This document shows positions 29,889 to 40,140 of a stretch of DNA of 64,000 bases, piece after piece. A program made the translations under genes and the position numbers. The notes under the pieces are model-generated. The model was not told the DNA's origin. It ran no database searches and saw nothing but the letters and a program-made list of their open reading frames with translations. The DNA is from Fidelibacterota bacterium (GTDB lineage: Bacteria; Fidelibacterota; UBA8477; JABMPR01): assembly GCA_018650445.1 (NCBI GenBank), contig JABIFX010000062.1:12918-76917 (forward strand), given 5' to 3'. Every line of letters starts with the position of its first letter. Position 1 is the first letter of the stretch.

Positions 29889-32800
29889 CGTAATAATATC
29901 ATCTTCTTCGTAAAGTATTTATCGTCTATTTGCATTTGACAGAAATATATACCGCTGCTGCGTCCTGTAGCAAGCCAGTTCAGATTGTGTTGGCCTGCGA
30001 AATAGAATTTACTTTCAACAAGTTGGTCAACAAGCCTTCCTCTAACATCATATATTTTCGCGGAGACCCTTCCCTCAAGTGGAATTGAAAATGGGATGAT
30101 GGTACCTTCATTAAATGGGTTTGGATAGTTTTGACCCAGGGTAAAATCCTTGGGAATCTCAGGGAATGCATTGCCTGGATCAATCCTGAGCAAAAATCGT
30201 GGGCCATCTTCATCGCTCTTTTTCATCAGTTGAAAAGGTACAGATCCTGTAAGATTCCGAGTGGGAGAAATTGGTAATAGCGATTTTTTCCCAAGTCTGT
30301 TCACATCAAATTCATAATACTCATGGACCGCCATATCTATTTGGGCTCCAGTTTCCAAATCTTCCAGTGTCAAAGTCCATTCAGAATGGAGGTCCTGCAT
30401 CCGAGGCCATGATAGCTTATAGGATCCCGAGAGTGGAGCACTATTCACATAACCATTGACATAGATTGGAATCTCCAGAGTCCTTCCAAAGCGCGAAGGA
30501 TGAGACTGAATAGTAAGCAGCTTGTGGTCATAACTTTCCGTATACAGTTCCAGATATGTCTGAGTCGGGGGCATCAGATAGTAGGCATCCCGATCATCCT
30601 TGTTGATGGAACCGAATTCATTGAACTCGATGAAAGTGTTGGTCAGAAGTGTGTCATTTTCCAGTAACAGATTCAGAAGGGGCTGATTTTGTGCCCGTTT
30701 ATAGAAGACACCACCGGTGACCTTACTGGTTTTCGGAACCTTCAGGACCGGTGCGGCGGCATTGGCCTTGACCCAGAATCCTTGAAAAGGTGAGATCAAA
30801 CCACTGCCCAGCGATCCGGCAGTGCCATTCCAGGTTAGATAGGCACCCTCGCCTGAGTTGGCCGCATGATCCCAGACATAGATCACGTTATCCATGTTGG
30901 TTTTGGTCCAGCCCACATCATCCCAATCAATGGTAGCCATAAAGGGGTTACCCACCAAGTTCCAGCCCGTATCTGCTGCGGCTGTATAAGTAACGCCAAA
31001 ATCGAAGGCGCCAGCAGTTCCCTCATCTTCCAGTCCAACCACATCCAGAGTGGTGGGTAAAGGATCAGAATAGGCTGCCTCGCCAGGAATATCCCCAAAA
31101 GCATACACAAACAGGCCGCGACCAGCCACAGTGGCATCCGTGGCATTAGCTGGTTTACGCCAACGTTGGTTATCCGTCCCTGTATAGGTTTCGTCATAGT
31201 ACAGGACAGATGGAGATCCTGTGGCAGAGTCAGATCCAGTATATCCCTGGGTAAGGAAATTGCTAAACAGGTCAGCATAGGTGGACGCTACCGGACTCGC
31301 CAATAGGCGCCATCCAGTCACCCCGGTAATTCCTCTTTCTCCGCGTATCGTACCTGACGTAATGGATTTTGTATTTGCGATCAATGATCGGCCAGTAGGT
31401 ACGACCAAACTACCATTGGTCAGTGTTAACGTCCCAGTGACGGTAAAATCTTCAACCAGGAGGACTCCGGAAGGGTTATCAATGGTCATATTCACCAGGC
31501 TACTACGATTGGAGAGGCGTTGAGAGAGTGAACCATTGAACTCCACATTGTCAAGTGAGAGACTAGAAATGCTCAGCTCTCCTCCGACCCGCAAGGTATC
31601 GACAGAGCTACCAATAATCTCACCTTGGCCTGACAGATCGCCGGTAATATCGAAGCTGATCCCTCCTGAAATGGTTACGTCTGCCCCTGATTCAATGGAC
31701 ATAGACCCTATCTGCAGATTGTCAGTTGAAATGATTGGGTAGCGAATTCCCTCTGCAGGTGGGTTGGGAATCAGCACAGCATCACCGACTCCGGGAATGC
31801 CATTATCCCAATTGAGTGCATCGTTCCAATTGCTAGTGTAAGGATCATTACCAGGATCACTCTCCCACTTATGGGTAAAGGAATCGAACTGAACACTGGC
31901 ATCATCGGTCATTCCTGTACCATTGAGGAGGCCTGTGATTACTGCGGTCTCAACTGTGTTGGATGACTGTAAGGTCTGGGTGTAGGTCCCATCGCCTTCA
32001 TCGACGACAACCCCCAACAGACTTCCAGCGCTGGCAATCAAATTGACGGTTTCGCCTCCTGAATTCAGATCATTACCACCGGCATCTTTGAGTTGAACCG
32101 TGATCAGGGTTGTGCTCGCCCCATCGCTGCGGATCACACTGGAGGCTGAGATAATTTCAGATGTAATCGCGGACGCAGCACCAGAGAGGACCGAAAAACT
32201 ATTGCTGTTGCCAAATTCAGAACCACCTGTATTGGTCGCTGTCAGTGTAAAATCTCCGATACTGCTCAAGGCCAGAGTATAAGAACTTAAGACTCCAGCC
32301 GTAAAGGCAACCGTGGTGCCACTGCCAACGCTGAGGACACCAGAAGATGAAATATCTACGGTACCATTAAAGGTCGCATCAACGGTTTGAGTTCCATCCA
32401 CGGCAGATATTTTCACATTGAAGCTAATGCCTGCATCCTGTGTAAGAATGGGACCGCCGCTCTCCTTCTCAAGGAGGAAGGTGGTGAATTGACCGGGGTT
32501 GGTGATATCAAAATTGCCGCTTACTGCTGATGTGAGTCCAGCACTACTTGCCGTCAACTGGTAAGTATCTACCGTATTAATACTTAGATCGCTAAAGGAG
32601 ACCTGCCCCTGAGCGTCTGTGTTCAAAACCATACTGCCACTCAGGCTACCACTACCCGTTGTGATGGCAATGGCGATTGGTGTGCCTGCGATCAGGACCG
32701 AATTGCCGTTGGCATCCTTAACCTCCGTATCAATAGCTGGCGAAAGCACATTATTGAGCGTACCAATGGTTGGTGCCTGGGAATAGATGATGTTGCTAGC

Positions 32801-35800
32801 AGTCCCTGCAAACATTTCAAAAATTCCGAAGTTGGTGGCTCCGGTGGCCCCGGTGGTCCCGGTATTTGTAATGGTTCCAGAATTTGGAACCGTACCAGTG
32901 TTCGGTTGTATGCGCAGACCACTAAAAGTCACCTTACCCTGGGTATTTACTCCAGCTGATGATTCGTTGGTAACGGTGAAAGTAACGGTCGAACTATTAC
33001 GGCTGGTATACGTCATGGCGAGAGAGGTAGGTCCTGTTAACGCAGGTTCAACAGTTACCCCAGGATCAGCTCCACCAGTATCCCATTGAAACCCAATTGG
33101 GGCATTTAGAATAATCGTTCCATTTAGAGCTAAATCACCTGAGACATCCTCGGTGAGACGCGGACCGGTTAAGGTGGTCCATGCAGAATTTGCATCATCG
33201 GCTGAAATAGCTTCACCCCCAGTGGCAGGTTCCAGCAGCCCCACGCTCAGAGAATACTTGTCAGACAGATATTCCTCAACGATACTTCGCTCAAATTCAG
33301 AGAGATGACGGGTATAAAAAATGACTTCAGACATAAGTCCATCCCAACCACCCGGGGGGGTATCCTCGGCTCCCACGCCAATTTTGAATCTGCGTGCATT
33401 GACCAGAGGAGCATTGGGTGGAATTCCAGAGAAAGAGGGATTGTTCAGCACACCATTCAGATAGAGATCATAGACAGAGCCACTATTCCAATCCACGCAT
33501 ATGATCTGAGCGTCCGTGGTTTGGGCATTCTGGCTACTTTCTTTTTCATTTGAGGTAACATCTGCTCCAATGGCTACCTTGATCACATCGGATGCACTGC
33601 CATTATCTCCGGTAGCATCGTACCTTATGGTAAATTCTTTGTCACCCTTGTCGGCATTGCGAGTGGTCATAAACCCCTTATCAGTACCAGTAGAATAAGA
33701 CTGTACTACGAAAAAGCTGGTAAACCCGGTGAGCCCGTTGATATATGCTTCTCCCGCTTCATCCACCATGGACTCGCCGCCAGTCCCTGAAAATTCAATG
33801 GCATTGGCTGAATTCAAACCAGCCACACCGATCCGGGCTAGTGGGTTTCCATCATCGTTGATAAAATCATGACCATTTCCGCTCTGGTCTTTCCACAGGG
33901 CAATAGTCTGCCCCTCGGTGGCGGGAATAGTCCCAGCCAAATCATTGAAAACATCTGCATTACCATTCAACCACAACTCCAGATCTGCAACTGTGGCAGG
34001 TTTACCTGAGGCAATGGCACGTGTCACTCCTGGACTATAAAGCTCACCATCGCTGACTGAGTATTCAACAACCCGAGTGGCTAACTGGGGCGAAGGTTGA
34101 GTATTCTCGTAAGTAACCGATCGAAGTGCGATTTCATATTGAGTCAGAGTATTGGTCCCCTGCAGAACCAGGAGCCCGATACCGCTATACCAAGTGCTGG
34201 TGATCCCATAGATACTGCTGAATGCCAGAACGTCCTCACCAGATACATAGCTTCCTGTGATCTGGACCCGGGCACTGTCCAGAAAGGTATCGTCACCATC
34301 TTCGGCCGTGAGATCATCGGTAATGGCTACAGCACCATCGCCAGCTTCATAGGCGAGTCCTATGCTCTCCACATTGCCCAGAATCGGCGCATCGTTGACC
34401 GGCGTCACGGATAAATCTCGTGTGACAATGGAGCTATGATCAGAACCATCGCTGATTTCAAAGCTGATTGTGCGGGTGGTAACCGATGGATCAGGGTTCA
34501 AATTTTCATAGCGTACGGATCGAAGGGCGGTCTGGTAATTTAAGGTTGATGAACTCCCTGACAGCAGAATAACACCACTGACGCTATTCCAAGAGGCGGT
34601 GATACCGTTCTCAGGAGTAAATAGAAGTTTGTCCTCGCCACTCACGTAGCCTGCGGTGAAGGATACCCAGGCTGAGTCCATATAGGCATCATCCAGGTCG
34701 GATACCAAAACACTACTGGTAATGGCAGTATCTGGGTCCCCATCAGTAAAAGCAAGGGTGGTCCCTTCAATACTAGTTAAGACAGGTGGGTTATTCACTC
34801 CATTGATAGAAATATTTCTGGTTGATCCGCCACTGATTGCCACACCATCATCAATGCTGATACTCACTGTACGGGTCAATGTAGAGGGAGTGAGACTATT
34901 ATTATAATATTTGATGGACCGTAACGCTGCGTTGTAGGTCGTCAGTGAGGCAGTCCCGGTGAGCGTTAACGTACCAGTGCCCTCAACCCAGGAGCCAGTG
35001 ATGCCGTTGGCATCAACAAATTCCAGGGTGTCTTCAGGACTGACGTAGTTCGTGGTGATCTGGATCGTCGCTCCAGTGAGGTCTACATCGCTATAGTCAT
35101 TACATTCAATACTCGAGGTAATCGGCTGAGCGGGATCAGTTTCCTGATAAGAGAGTGTGGCAGTCTCCAGGTTAGCAAGGGTTGGACTCTCATTTGCAGT
35201 TGAAATGGTGTGGAAGGTGCCAGGAGTAGCCATATTCGTGTGTTCAGTTGCTATCCAGTCGGCTGATAAGGCGATATTGGAAACACGGATCTCATCAATG
35301 AGGCCATCCCATGATGACGCGGTCAGGTCTGTTATTCCCTTACCAATAATAAAGGTTAGAGCGCCCTGGGTGTTTCCAGACCTCGTAGTCTGTGTAGCGC
35401 CTACATCTAGTGAGCCATTGATATATAAGTCGGTGGCACTTCCAGCCACACGCGCCAGGGTCAGGTTGTGCCAACTGGTGGTCACCTGGTTATCGCTGGA
35501 ATTGTGTTTCTGATTTCCATCACTCGCACGAATGGTGGTTCTCCATCTATTGATTCCCGCACCACCGATACTTCCTGCAGCATCTGCACGCAGGGACAGT
35601 TTATTGTCGTTTCCTGCAGGCGTTTTGGCAATATACAAACCTCTGTCAGTATCTATCGCATCTGGCTTGGCCCAGATTGAAACTGTAATATCAGCTAGCT
35701 GATCCAGATAGATCGCACCATTCTGATCTTCCAGATAGTCTCCGTCCCCATCAAACTCTCTGGCAGCTCCCAATACACCTGCTGGATTCACAACAGTGAG

Positions 35801-36313
35801 GTTGTTGAGCAGGGTATGCCCATTGGGACTTGAATCGTTAAGATCCTCAAGATGCCAGACACTGAGGTAATTTGCATTCCAGGTTGAGGTAGTAGATTGG
35901 TTTGTAAAAATAGCATCATTGCCATAGTAAAGATATATGTCAGTATCCACCGTGGGAGAAAGTACTGGCAGACGTACCCAACTCAGCACATGACCTGTAG
36001 CTGGGTCATAGTTTTGCAGTTCCTGATCCAATAAGGTGCTGCCATCAGCCTCAGTAAAAATGATATCAAAGCCAGAGGGGTTGACAACACCACCACCGTT
36101 GGCAAGGGATTTGAGCTTCACGTCAGTGAATTCGACCATTACCGGAAAATTAGTGTGGGCAGTGGAGCCACTGATCTGGGAGCTATTGAGCGTGATCAGT
36201 TTACGATGCCCGTAACCGGCAGGCTGAGCTGACAAGTCTGAAGTAAATACCAGAATTACCAACAGCATCCAGAGATGACCCTGCACGTATATCTTGGTAC
36301 TTATTTTATTCAA
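29885..36313 (-). CDS. Large secreted adhesin, 2142 aa: DUF2341, LamG-like lectin domains, three Ig/cadherin-like repeats, invasin-like Ig, T9SS/FlgD-like C-terminal domain
   Basis: DIIFTEADGSTLLD..WVRLP..IYLYYGN (DUF2341); GLIDEIRVSN (LamG); three repeats ending ALRSxxYxN; ADGASTTL-like invasin segment; GWNLVGNPF; QNYPNPFN tail. Confidence 0.85.
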   Translation of the reverse strand: MNKISTKIYVQGHLWMLLVILVFTSDLSAQPAGYGHRKLITLNSSQISGSTAHTNFPVMVEFTDVKLKSLANGGGVVNPSGFDIIFTEADGSTLLDQELQNYDPATGHVLSWVRLPVLSPTVDTDIYLYYGNDAIFTNQSTTSTWNANYLSVWHLEDLNDSSPNGHTLLNNLTVVNPAGVLGAAREFDGDGDYLEDQNGAIYLDQLADITVSIWAKPDAIDTDRGLYIAKTPAGNDNKLSLRADAAGSIGGAGINRWRTTIRASDGNQKHNSSDNQVTTSWHNLTLARVAGSATDLYINGSLDVGATQTTRSGNTQGALTFIIGKGITDLTASSWDGLIDEIRVSNIALSADWIATEHTNMATPGTFHTISTANESPTLANLETATLSYQETDPAQPITSSIECNDYSDVDLTGATIQITTNYVSPEDTLEFVDANGITGSWVEGTGTLTLTGTASLTTYNAALRSIKYYNNSLTPSTLTRTVSISIDDGVAISGGSTRNISINGVNNPPVLTSIEGTTLAFTDGDPDTAITSSVLVSDLDDAYMDSAWVSFTAGYVSGEDKLLFTPENGITASWNSVSGVILLSGSSSTLNYQTALRSVRYENLNPDPSVTTRTISFEISDGSDHSSIVTRDLSVTPVNDAPILGNVESIGLAYEAGDGAVAITDDLTAEDGDDTFLDSARVQITGSYVSGEDVLAFSSIYGITSTWYSGIGLLVLQGTNTLTQYEIALRSVTYENTQPSPQLATRVVEYSVSDGELYSPGVTRAIASGKPATVADLELWLNGNADVFNDLAGTIPATEGQTIALWKDQSGNGHDFINDDGNPLARIGVAGLNSANAIEFSGTGGESMVDEAGEAYINGLTGFTSFFVVQSYSTGTDKGFMTTRNADKGDKEFTIRYDATGDNGSASDVIKVAIGADVTSNEKESSQNAQTTDAQIICVDWNSGSVYDLYLNGVLNNPSFSGIPPNAPLVNARRFKIGVGAEDTPPGGWDGLMSEVIFYTRHLSEFERSIVEEYLSDKYSLSVGLLEPATGGEAISADDANSAWTTLTGPRLTEDVSGDLALNGTIILNAPIGFQWDTGGADPGVTVEPALTGPTSLAMTYTSRNSSTVTFTVTNESSAGVNTQGKVTFSGLRIQPNTGTVPNSGTITNTGTTGATGATNFGIFEMFAGTASNIIYSQAPTIGTLNNVLSPAIDTEVKDANGNSVLIAGTPIAIAITTGSGSLSGSMVLNTDAQGQVSFSDLSINTVDTYQLTASSAGLTSAVSGNFDITNPGQFTTFLLEKESGGPILTQDAGISFNVKISAVDGTQTVDATFNGTVDISSSGVLSVGSGTTVAFTAGVLSSYTLALSSIGDFTLTATNTGGSEFGNSNSFSVLSGAASAITSEIISASSVIRSDGASTTLITVQLKDAGGNDLNSGGETVNLIASAGSLLGVVVDEGDGTYTQTLQSSNTVETAVITGLLNGTGMTDDASVQFDSFTHKWESDPGNDPYTSNWNDALNWDNGIPGVGDAVLIPNPPAEGIRYPIISTDNLQIGSMSIESGADVTISGGISFDITGDLSGQGEIIGSSVDTLRVGGELSISSLSLDNVEFNGSLSQRLSNRSSLVNMTIDNPSGVLLVEDFTVTGTLTLTNGSLVVPTGRSLIANTKSITSGTIRGERGITGVTGWRLLASPVASTYADLFSNFLTQGYTGSDSATGSPSVLYYDETYTGTDNQRWRKPANATDATVAGRGLFVYAFGDIPGEAAYSDPLPTTLDVVGLEDEGTAGAFDFGVTYTAAADTGWNLVGNPFMATIDWDDVGWTKTNMDNVIYVWDHAANSGEGAYLTWNGTAGSLGSGLISPFQGFWVKANAAAPVLKVPKTSKVTGGVFYKRAQNQPLLNLLLENDTLLTNTFIEFNEFGSINKDDRDAYYLMPPTQTYLELYTESYDHKLLTIQSHPSRFGRTLEIPIYVNGYVNSAPLSGSYKLSWPRMQDLHSEWTLTLEDLETGAQIDMAVHEYYEFDVNRLGKKSLLPISPTRNLTGSVPFQLMKKSDEDGPRFLLRIDPGNAFPEIPKDFTLGQNYPNPFNEGTIIPFSIPLEGRVSAKIYDVRGRLVDQLVESKFYFAGQHNLNWLATGRSSGIYFCQMQIDDKYFTKKMILLR

Positions 36314-36361
36314 AATGTTAATATGCCAATTCCTCGCGATTCAGACCAACCCTTATTATTA

Positions 36362-36377
36362 ACAACATATATGCCAA
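36362..36377 (-). promoter_or_regulatory. Sigma54-like promoter TTGGCATATATGTTGT
   Basis: GG-N10-GT spacing about 50 nt upstream of the adhesin start. Confidence 0.5.
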
Positions 36378-36690
36378 GATTCAACCTCATCAGAAACCAA
36401 GCTATAGGGCTGCTTTCTGATTAAGTTTATAACACCTTTATTTATTGTTTATTATACACTTAAAAAACTCATCATATTGACAGCTGTACAACCTTGTTTC
36501 AAACTTACTGGCTATAAGATACTCTATTTACATAATACATTCATAATTATGTGACAGAACTCATTGTTTAACGTCAGATTTTCGTGACAATTTTTATCCG
36601 AAATAGGATAATCATAGAATAACTATTCATTCTCTTCGGAATACACTAACCTTCTGTTATTGTAGAATTGGAATTCAGGTTTGGTGGAAT

Positions 36691-36714
36691 AAAAAAAGCC
36701 CTGAATCAGGGCTT
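36691..36714 (-). terminator. Intrinsic terminator
   Basis: AAGCCCTG-ATT-CAGGGCTTTTTTT on the minus strand. Confidence 0.8.
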
Positions 36715-36746
36715 ATAAATTTTTAGATAATTGCATGGATCAAGGG

Positions 36747-37667
36747 TTAATTGATGCGAGCCCATTCTTCTATTTGCTTTGGCCAATCATAATCTTCAAA
36801 AAGACCAAAACCAGTATTCCATTCATAGTATTCAGGATACTCGTCATCCAGCATATCAATATCTTCACAGAGTCGTGCAGTTCTTGAAACCACCGGACCA
36901 GTGAACTCACCTTCATGCAGTCTTATATGACCAGCTGAGTAGATTGCACCTTCAATATGAATTTCGTCACCATAGCCCTGGTCAAAATGCGTATCATTGT
37001 ATGGGTTTGTCATGATAAGTGCTGGCAGGGGGACACCATCAATTATTGGTGCTTTTATTATGACGTCATCTTTTAACTCGATATGATATCCAGTGAAGAC
37101 GAGGGTTACATTCTCAGCATAAACATTATGAATATCTAGCCAACTGCCGTGAAAAATATTGATTCCTTCAACTACATGCTCATCATGAATATGTTCATCC
37201 CATAACCACACCTCTTGTGCGGCATTAGCTACCAGGTATTCCATGTCAACCTTGGGTAGAAATCCAATATTATGTCGAAGTTGATGATTCGGAGCTTCAC
37301 CTGCGGTTTTTCCACCATTGTAATCCATACCATACTTCGTTGCGATGGCGCGATTAAAATGAGAATCCTCTTTAAGATCAAGAATAAGTCCTGATGTCTC
37401 CTCGTCAATTGTCTTTGTGACAGAGAGTCTCTTGGTATCACTATCATAGGCAGCAGATATGTCACCAACATTGAAGTTTGCCAGGCTATCACCACCGGCG
37501 TTAACACGCCAAAGTGCGATGTTAGCAAATGATTCTACTTCAACTTGGTCCTGGACTGTTTGCACAGCAGCTTGTGTATCCAAATTAACTACGGTAGCTA
37601 AATTGAGTACACCCAGGCCAGTAGCGCTGAAGATAACGGCAGTGATCATGATGGCGACGATATACAT
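36747..37667 (-). CDS. PilX-like minor pilin / membrane-anchored protein, copy 1 (306 aa)
   Basis: N-terminal hydrophobic helix, then the PilX-like QVEVESFANIALWR segment; beta-rich C-terminus; downstream of two prepilin genes. Confidence 0.6.
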   Translation of the reverse strand: MYIVAIMITAVIFSATGLGVLNLATVVNLDTQAAVQTVQDQVEVESFANIALWRVNAGGDSLANFNVGDISAAYDSDTKRLSVTKTIDEETSGLILDLKEDSHFNRAIATKYGMDYNGGKTAGEAPNHQLRHNIGFLPKVDMEYLVANAAQEVWLWDEHIHDEHVVEGINIFHGSWLDIHNVYAENVTLVFTGYHIELKDDVIIKAPIIDGVPLPALIMTNPYNDTHFDQGYGDEIHIEGAIYSAGHIRLHEGEFTGPVVSRTARLCEDIDMLDDEYPEYYEWNTGFGLFEDYDWPKQIEEWARIN

Positions 37668-37733
37668 CGTTAGACCGCTTTCATGATCGAATTAACTCTG
37701 ATGATAATTTGCTTCCGCATAACCCTATAAGGG

Positions 37734-37749
37734 TCAAAATTTATGCCAA
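37734..37749 (-). promoter_or_regulatory. Sigma54-like promoter TTGGCATAAATTTTGA
   Basis: GG-N10-GA spacing upstream of copy 1. Confidence 0.6.
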
Positions 37750-37840
37750 TTGTCACCCTGTATTCTAACACGTTGTAGTTGAGACGCTTACATCCATCAA
37801 CTAAACGTATAATTCAGCAAATCGGCGTAATTATTGATGT

Positions 37841-37875
37841 ATAATGTTACACTTTTTTGAATTTTGTGTCATATT
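37841..37875. promoter_or_regulatory. Putative enhancer (bEBP) site ATAATGTTACAC-N13-GTGTCATATT
   Basis: Imperfect inverted repeat with the same spacer and same distance from the -24 GG as the perfect copy at 39662-39700. Confidence 0.55.
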
Positions 37876-38414
37876 CCGGTACCATTTGTCTATGTTAGCT
37901 AAAGCTCCACATGCTAGAAATGGTCGGGTTTGGACATTTTTGCCCTTAAAGGATGATATATTATTTCATAATATACAATCACTTAGGGGGCTTCTCTGAT
38001 TGCTTCAGCGAGCAAATATGTCGCTTTTCCCTCTATGCAAAATAGCTATTTCATATTCACAATTGGAATATATACATTACACTTTTCATGCATTTTGTGA
38101 TCCTATGATATTTTGGTATAATGAAGCTTTGTACTAGATATGGGCTGATACTTTCTATTTTATACTAGATTTGTATCAAATACATATTTTTTTGGCAAAT
38201 CAGTTATGCAATATTCAGCAATATTGAAATGATTTGATATTCTCAAGGTAAAATGAATTGTTAATCTACTAGATATGGAGGATTCATCCCGGGTAAACAC
38301 GACCTACAGCAGATAGGTCCTATCCCTCGCTTCAATCTAATCCAAAATGATAGTAAGTTTCCTCCTACCACAATTTGTTCTTTCTGTAAAATGTTGAACC
38401 AAGGAGAATTCGAT

Positions 38415-38439
38415 AAAAAAAAGTCCTGGATCAGGACTT
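38415..38439 (-). terminator. Intrinsic terminator
   Basis: AAGTCCTG-ATC-CAGGACTTTTTTTT on the minus strand; homologous to the 36691 terminator with a compensatory C-G to T-A change. Confidence 0.8.
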
Positions 38440-38488
38440 CATAAATAATTGCTATTGGGGATTCCCAGGATAGTTGAGAAGAAAGGTA

Positions 38489-39409
38489 CTAATCGATACG
38501 AGCCCATTCCTGTATCTGTTTTGGCCAGTCGTAGTCTTCATAGTTTCCAAATCCCAAATTCCAGGCATAATACTTACTATCTTCATCATCAAGCATATCA
38601 ATATCTCTACATATACGAGCAGTCCGAGAAACAACTGGACCAGTAAATTTGCCTTCATGTAGTCTTATATGACCAGCTGAGTAAATAGCTCCTTCAATAT
38701 GAATTTCATCACCATAACCCTGATCAAAATGGGTATTATTGTATGTGTTGGTCAAGATCATTGCTGGTAATGCAACATCATCCACGATGAGAGCTTTCAG
38801 TTTGACATCATCTTTTGGTTGGATATCATATCCAGTGAAAACCAGAGTAACATTTTCCTTATCGACATTATGTATATCCAGATAGCTGCCATGAATAATG
38901 TTGATTCCTTCAACGATATCATCATCGTGAATATGTTCATCCCATAACCACAATTCTTGAGCAGCATTAGCTACCAGATATTCCATATCAACCTGAGGAA
39001 GAAATCCAATATTAGGTCGAAGTTTGTGGTTCGGTTCCTCACTAGCAGTTTTTCCATAGTTATAATCGATATACGATTCCGTAGCTACTGCCCTGTTAAA
39101 GTGTGAGTCTTCTTCAAGATCAAGAATAAGCCCGGATATTTCATCACCGTTGGTCTTGAGTACAGTCAGCTTCATTGCATCACTATCATAGGTGGCAGAT
39201 ATATCTCCCACACTAAAGTTGCCCAAGCTATCACCACCAACATTTACGCGCCACAAAGCCACATTACTAAATGACTCAACCTCAACTTGGTCTTGTACAG
39301 TTTGAACAGCAGTCTGCGTATCCAAATTAACGACAGTAGCTAAGTTAAGTACACCCAAGCCAGTAGCACTAAAGATTACGGCGGTGATCATGATGGCAAC
39401 GATATACAT
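38489..39409 (-). CDS. PilX-like minor pilin / membrane-anchored protein, copy 2 (306 aa)
   Basis: Same length as copy 1, first 32 aa identical, collinear throughout. Confidence 0.6.
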   Translation of the reverse strand: MYIVAIMITAVIFSATGLGVLNLATVVNLDTQTAVQTVQDQVEVESFSNVALWRVNVGGDSLGNFSVGDISATYDSDAMKLTVLKTNGDEISGLILDLEEDSHFNRAVATESYIDYNYGKTASEEPNHKLRPNIGFLPQVDMEYLVANAAQELWLWDEHIHDDDIVEGINIIHGSYLDIHNVDKENVTLVFTGYDIQPKDDVKLKALIVDDVALPAMILTNTYNNTHFDQGYGDEIHIEGAIYSAGHIRLHEGKFTGPVVSRTARICRDIDMLDDEDSKYYAWNLGFGNYEDYDWPKQIQEWARID

Positions 39410-39555
39410 ATCTTAGGCCGCTCTCATAATCTCTTTAATGTCAATATATACATAGGGTATCAATATAAACATTTTTCGGAGTTGTAGTGAAATTACCTCT
39501 TCGAAATGTTGTGACATATTTATGTTGATCTGTTGTCTCATAGGCCCATAAAGCT

Positions 39556-39571
39556 TCAATAACTGTGCCAA
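39556..39571 (-). promoter_or_regulatory. Sigma54-like promoter TTGGCACAGTTATTGA
   Basis: TGGCAC-N5-TTGA upstream of copy 2. Confidence 0.65.
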
Positions 39572-39661
39572 TTTTTGTCATAATTCATATCCCCCTATCA
39601 CTCAGAGCTTTACACGTATTCAATAAATGATTAGTTTATAAAATACTCGTAATATTTGATG

Positions 39662-39700
39662 AATAAAATGACACATTCTTTAAAAAAGTGTCATTTTATT
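39662..39700. promoter_or_regulatory. Putative enhancer (bEBP) site: perfect inverted repeat AATAAAATGACAC-N13-GTGTCATTTTATT
   Basis: 13-bp perfect arms about 100-130 nt upstream of the sigma54-like promoter. Confidence 0.6.
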
Positions 39701-40140
39701 ACAACATTTGCCATAATTTTCGAATTGTTAGATTACATTTTTACTCAGAATCAGGCCATATTCTAATTCAGTAGTGCCTATTATACTATAAATAACAATT
39801 ACTTATGAAGACACATTTCTTTTAGCACCAAAAAATAAGTCGCTATTTCACTCGCTCACAAAAATGACCTGATACCTCAAAACCATTAAAAATATTACAC
39901 TTTTTAGCCATTTCCCAATAATCAATTGCTTGGCTAATATGATGCAATATACCAGTTATAGGATGATATAGCTGATTGCGCACTGAATATTGCTCGCAAA
40001 TATTTATTTCTAAGTTTGGATGCTAGATAAAGTCCCGATTGTAGATGCTTCAATATGATATTGAGATATCGATTACATCCAGGACATATTATTGTGAATT
40101 TTCTTGCGGGGTTCTCAATAGCAATCTAATGCAGGCGACA

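Noticed and set aside
36747-39409. Diversity-generating retroelement template/variable repeat pair
   Set aside because: Both copies are full genes, the differences are spread over all bases and often synonymous, and there is no reverse transcriptase in the window.
36320-40140. CRISPR array, tRNA or IS remnants in the AT-rich intergenic gaps
   Set aside because: No regularly spaced repeats, cloverleaf or transposase fragments seen; the similarity is explained by the gene duplication.
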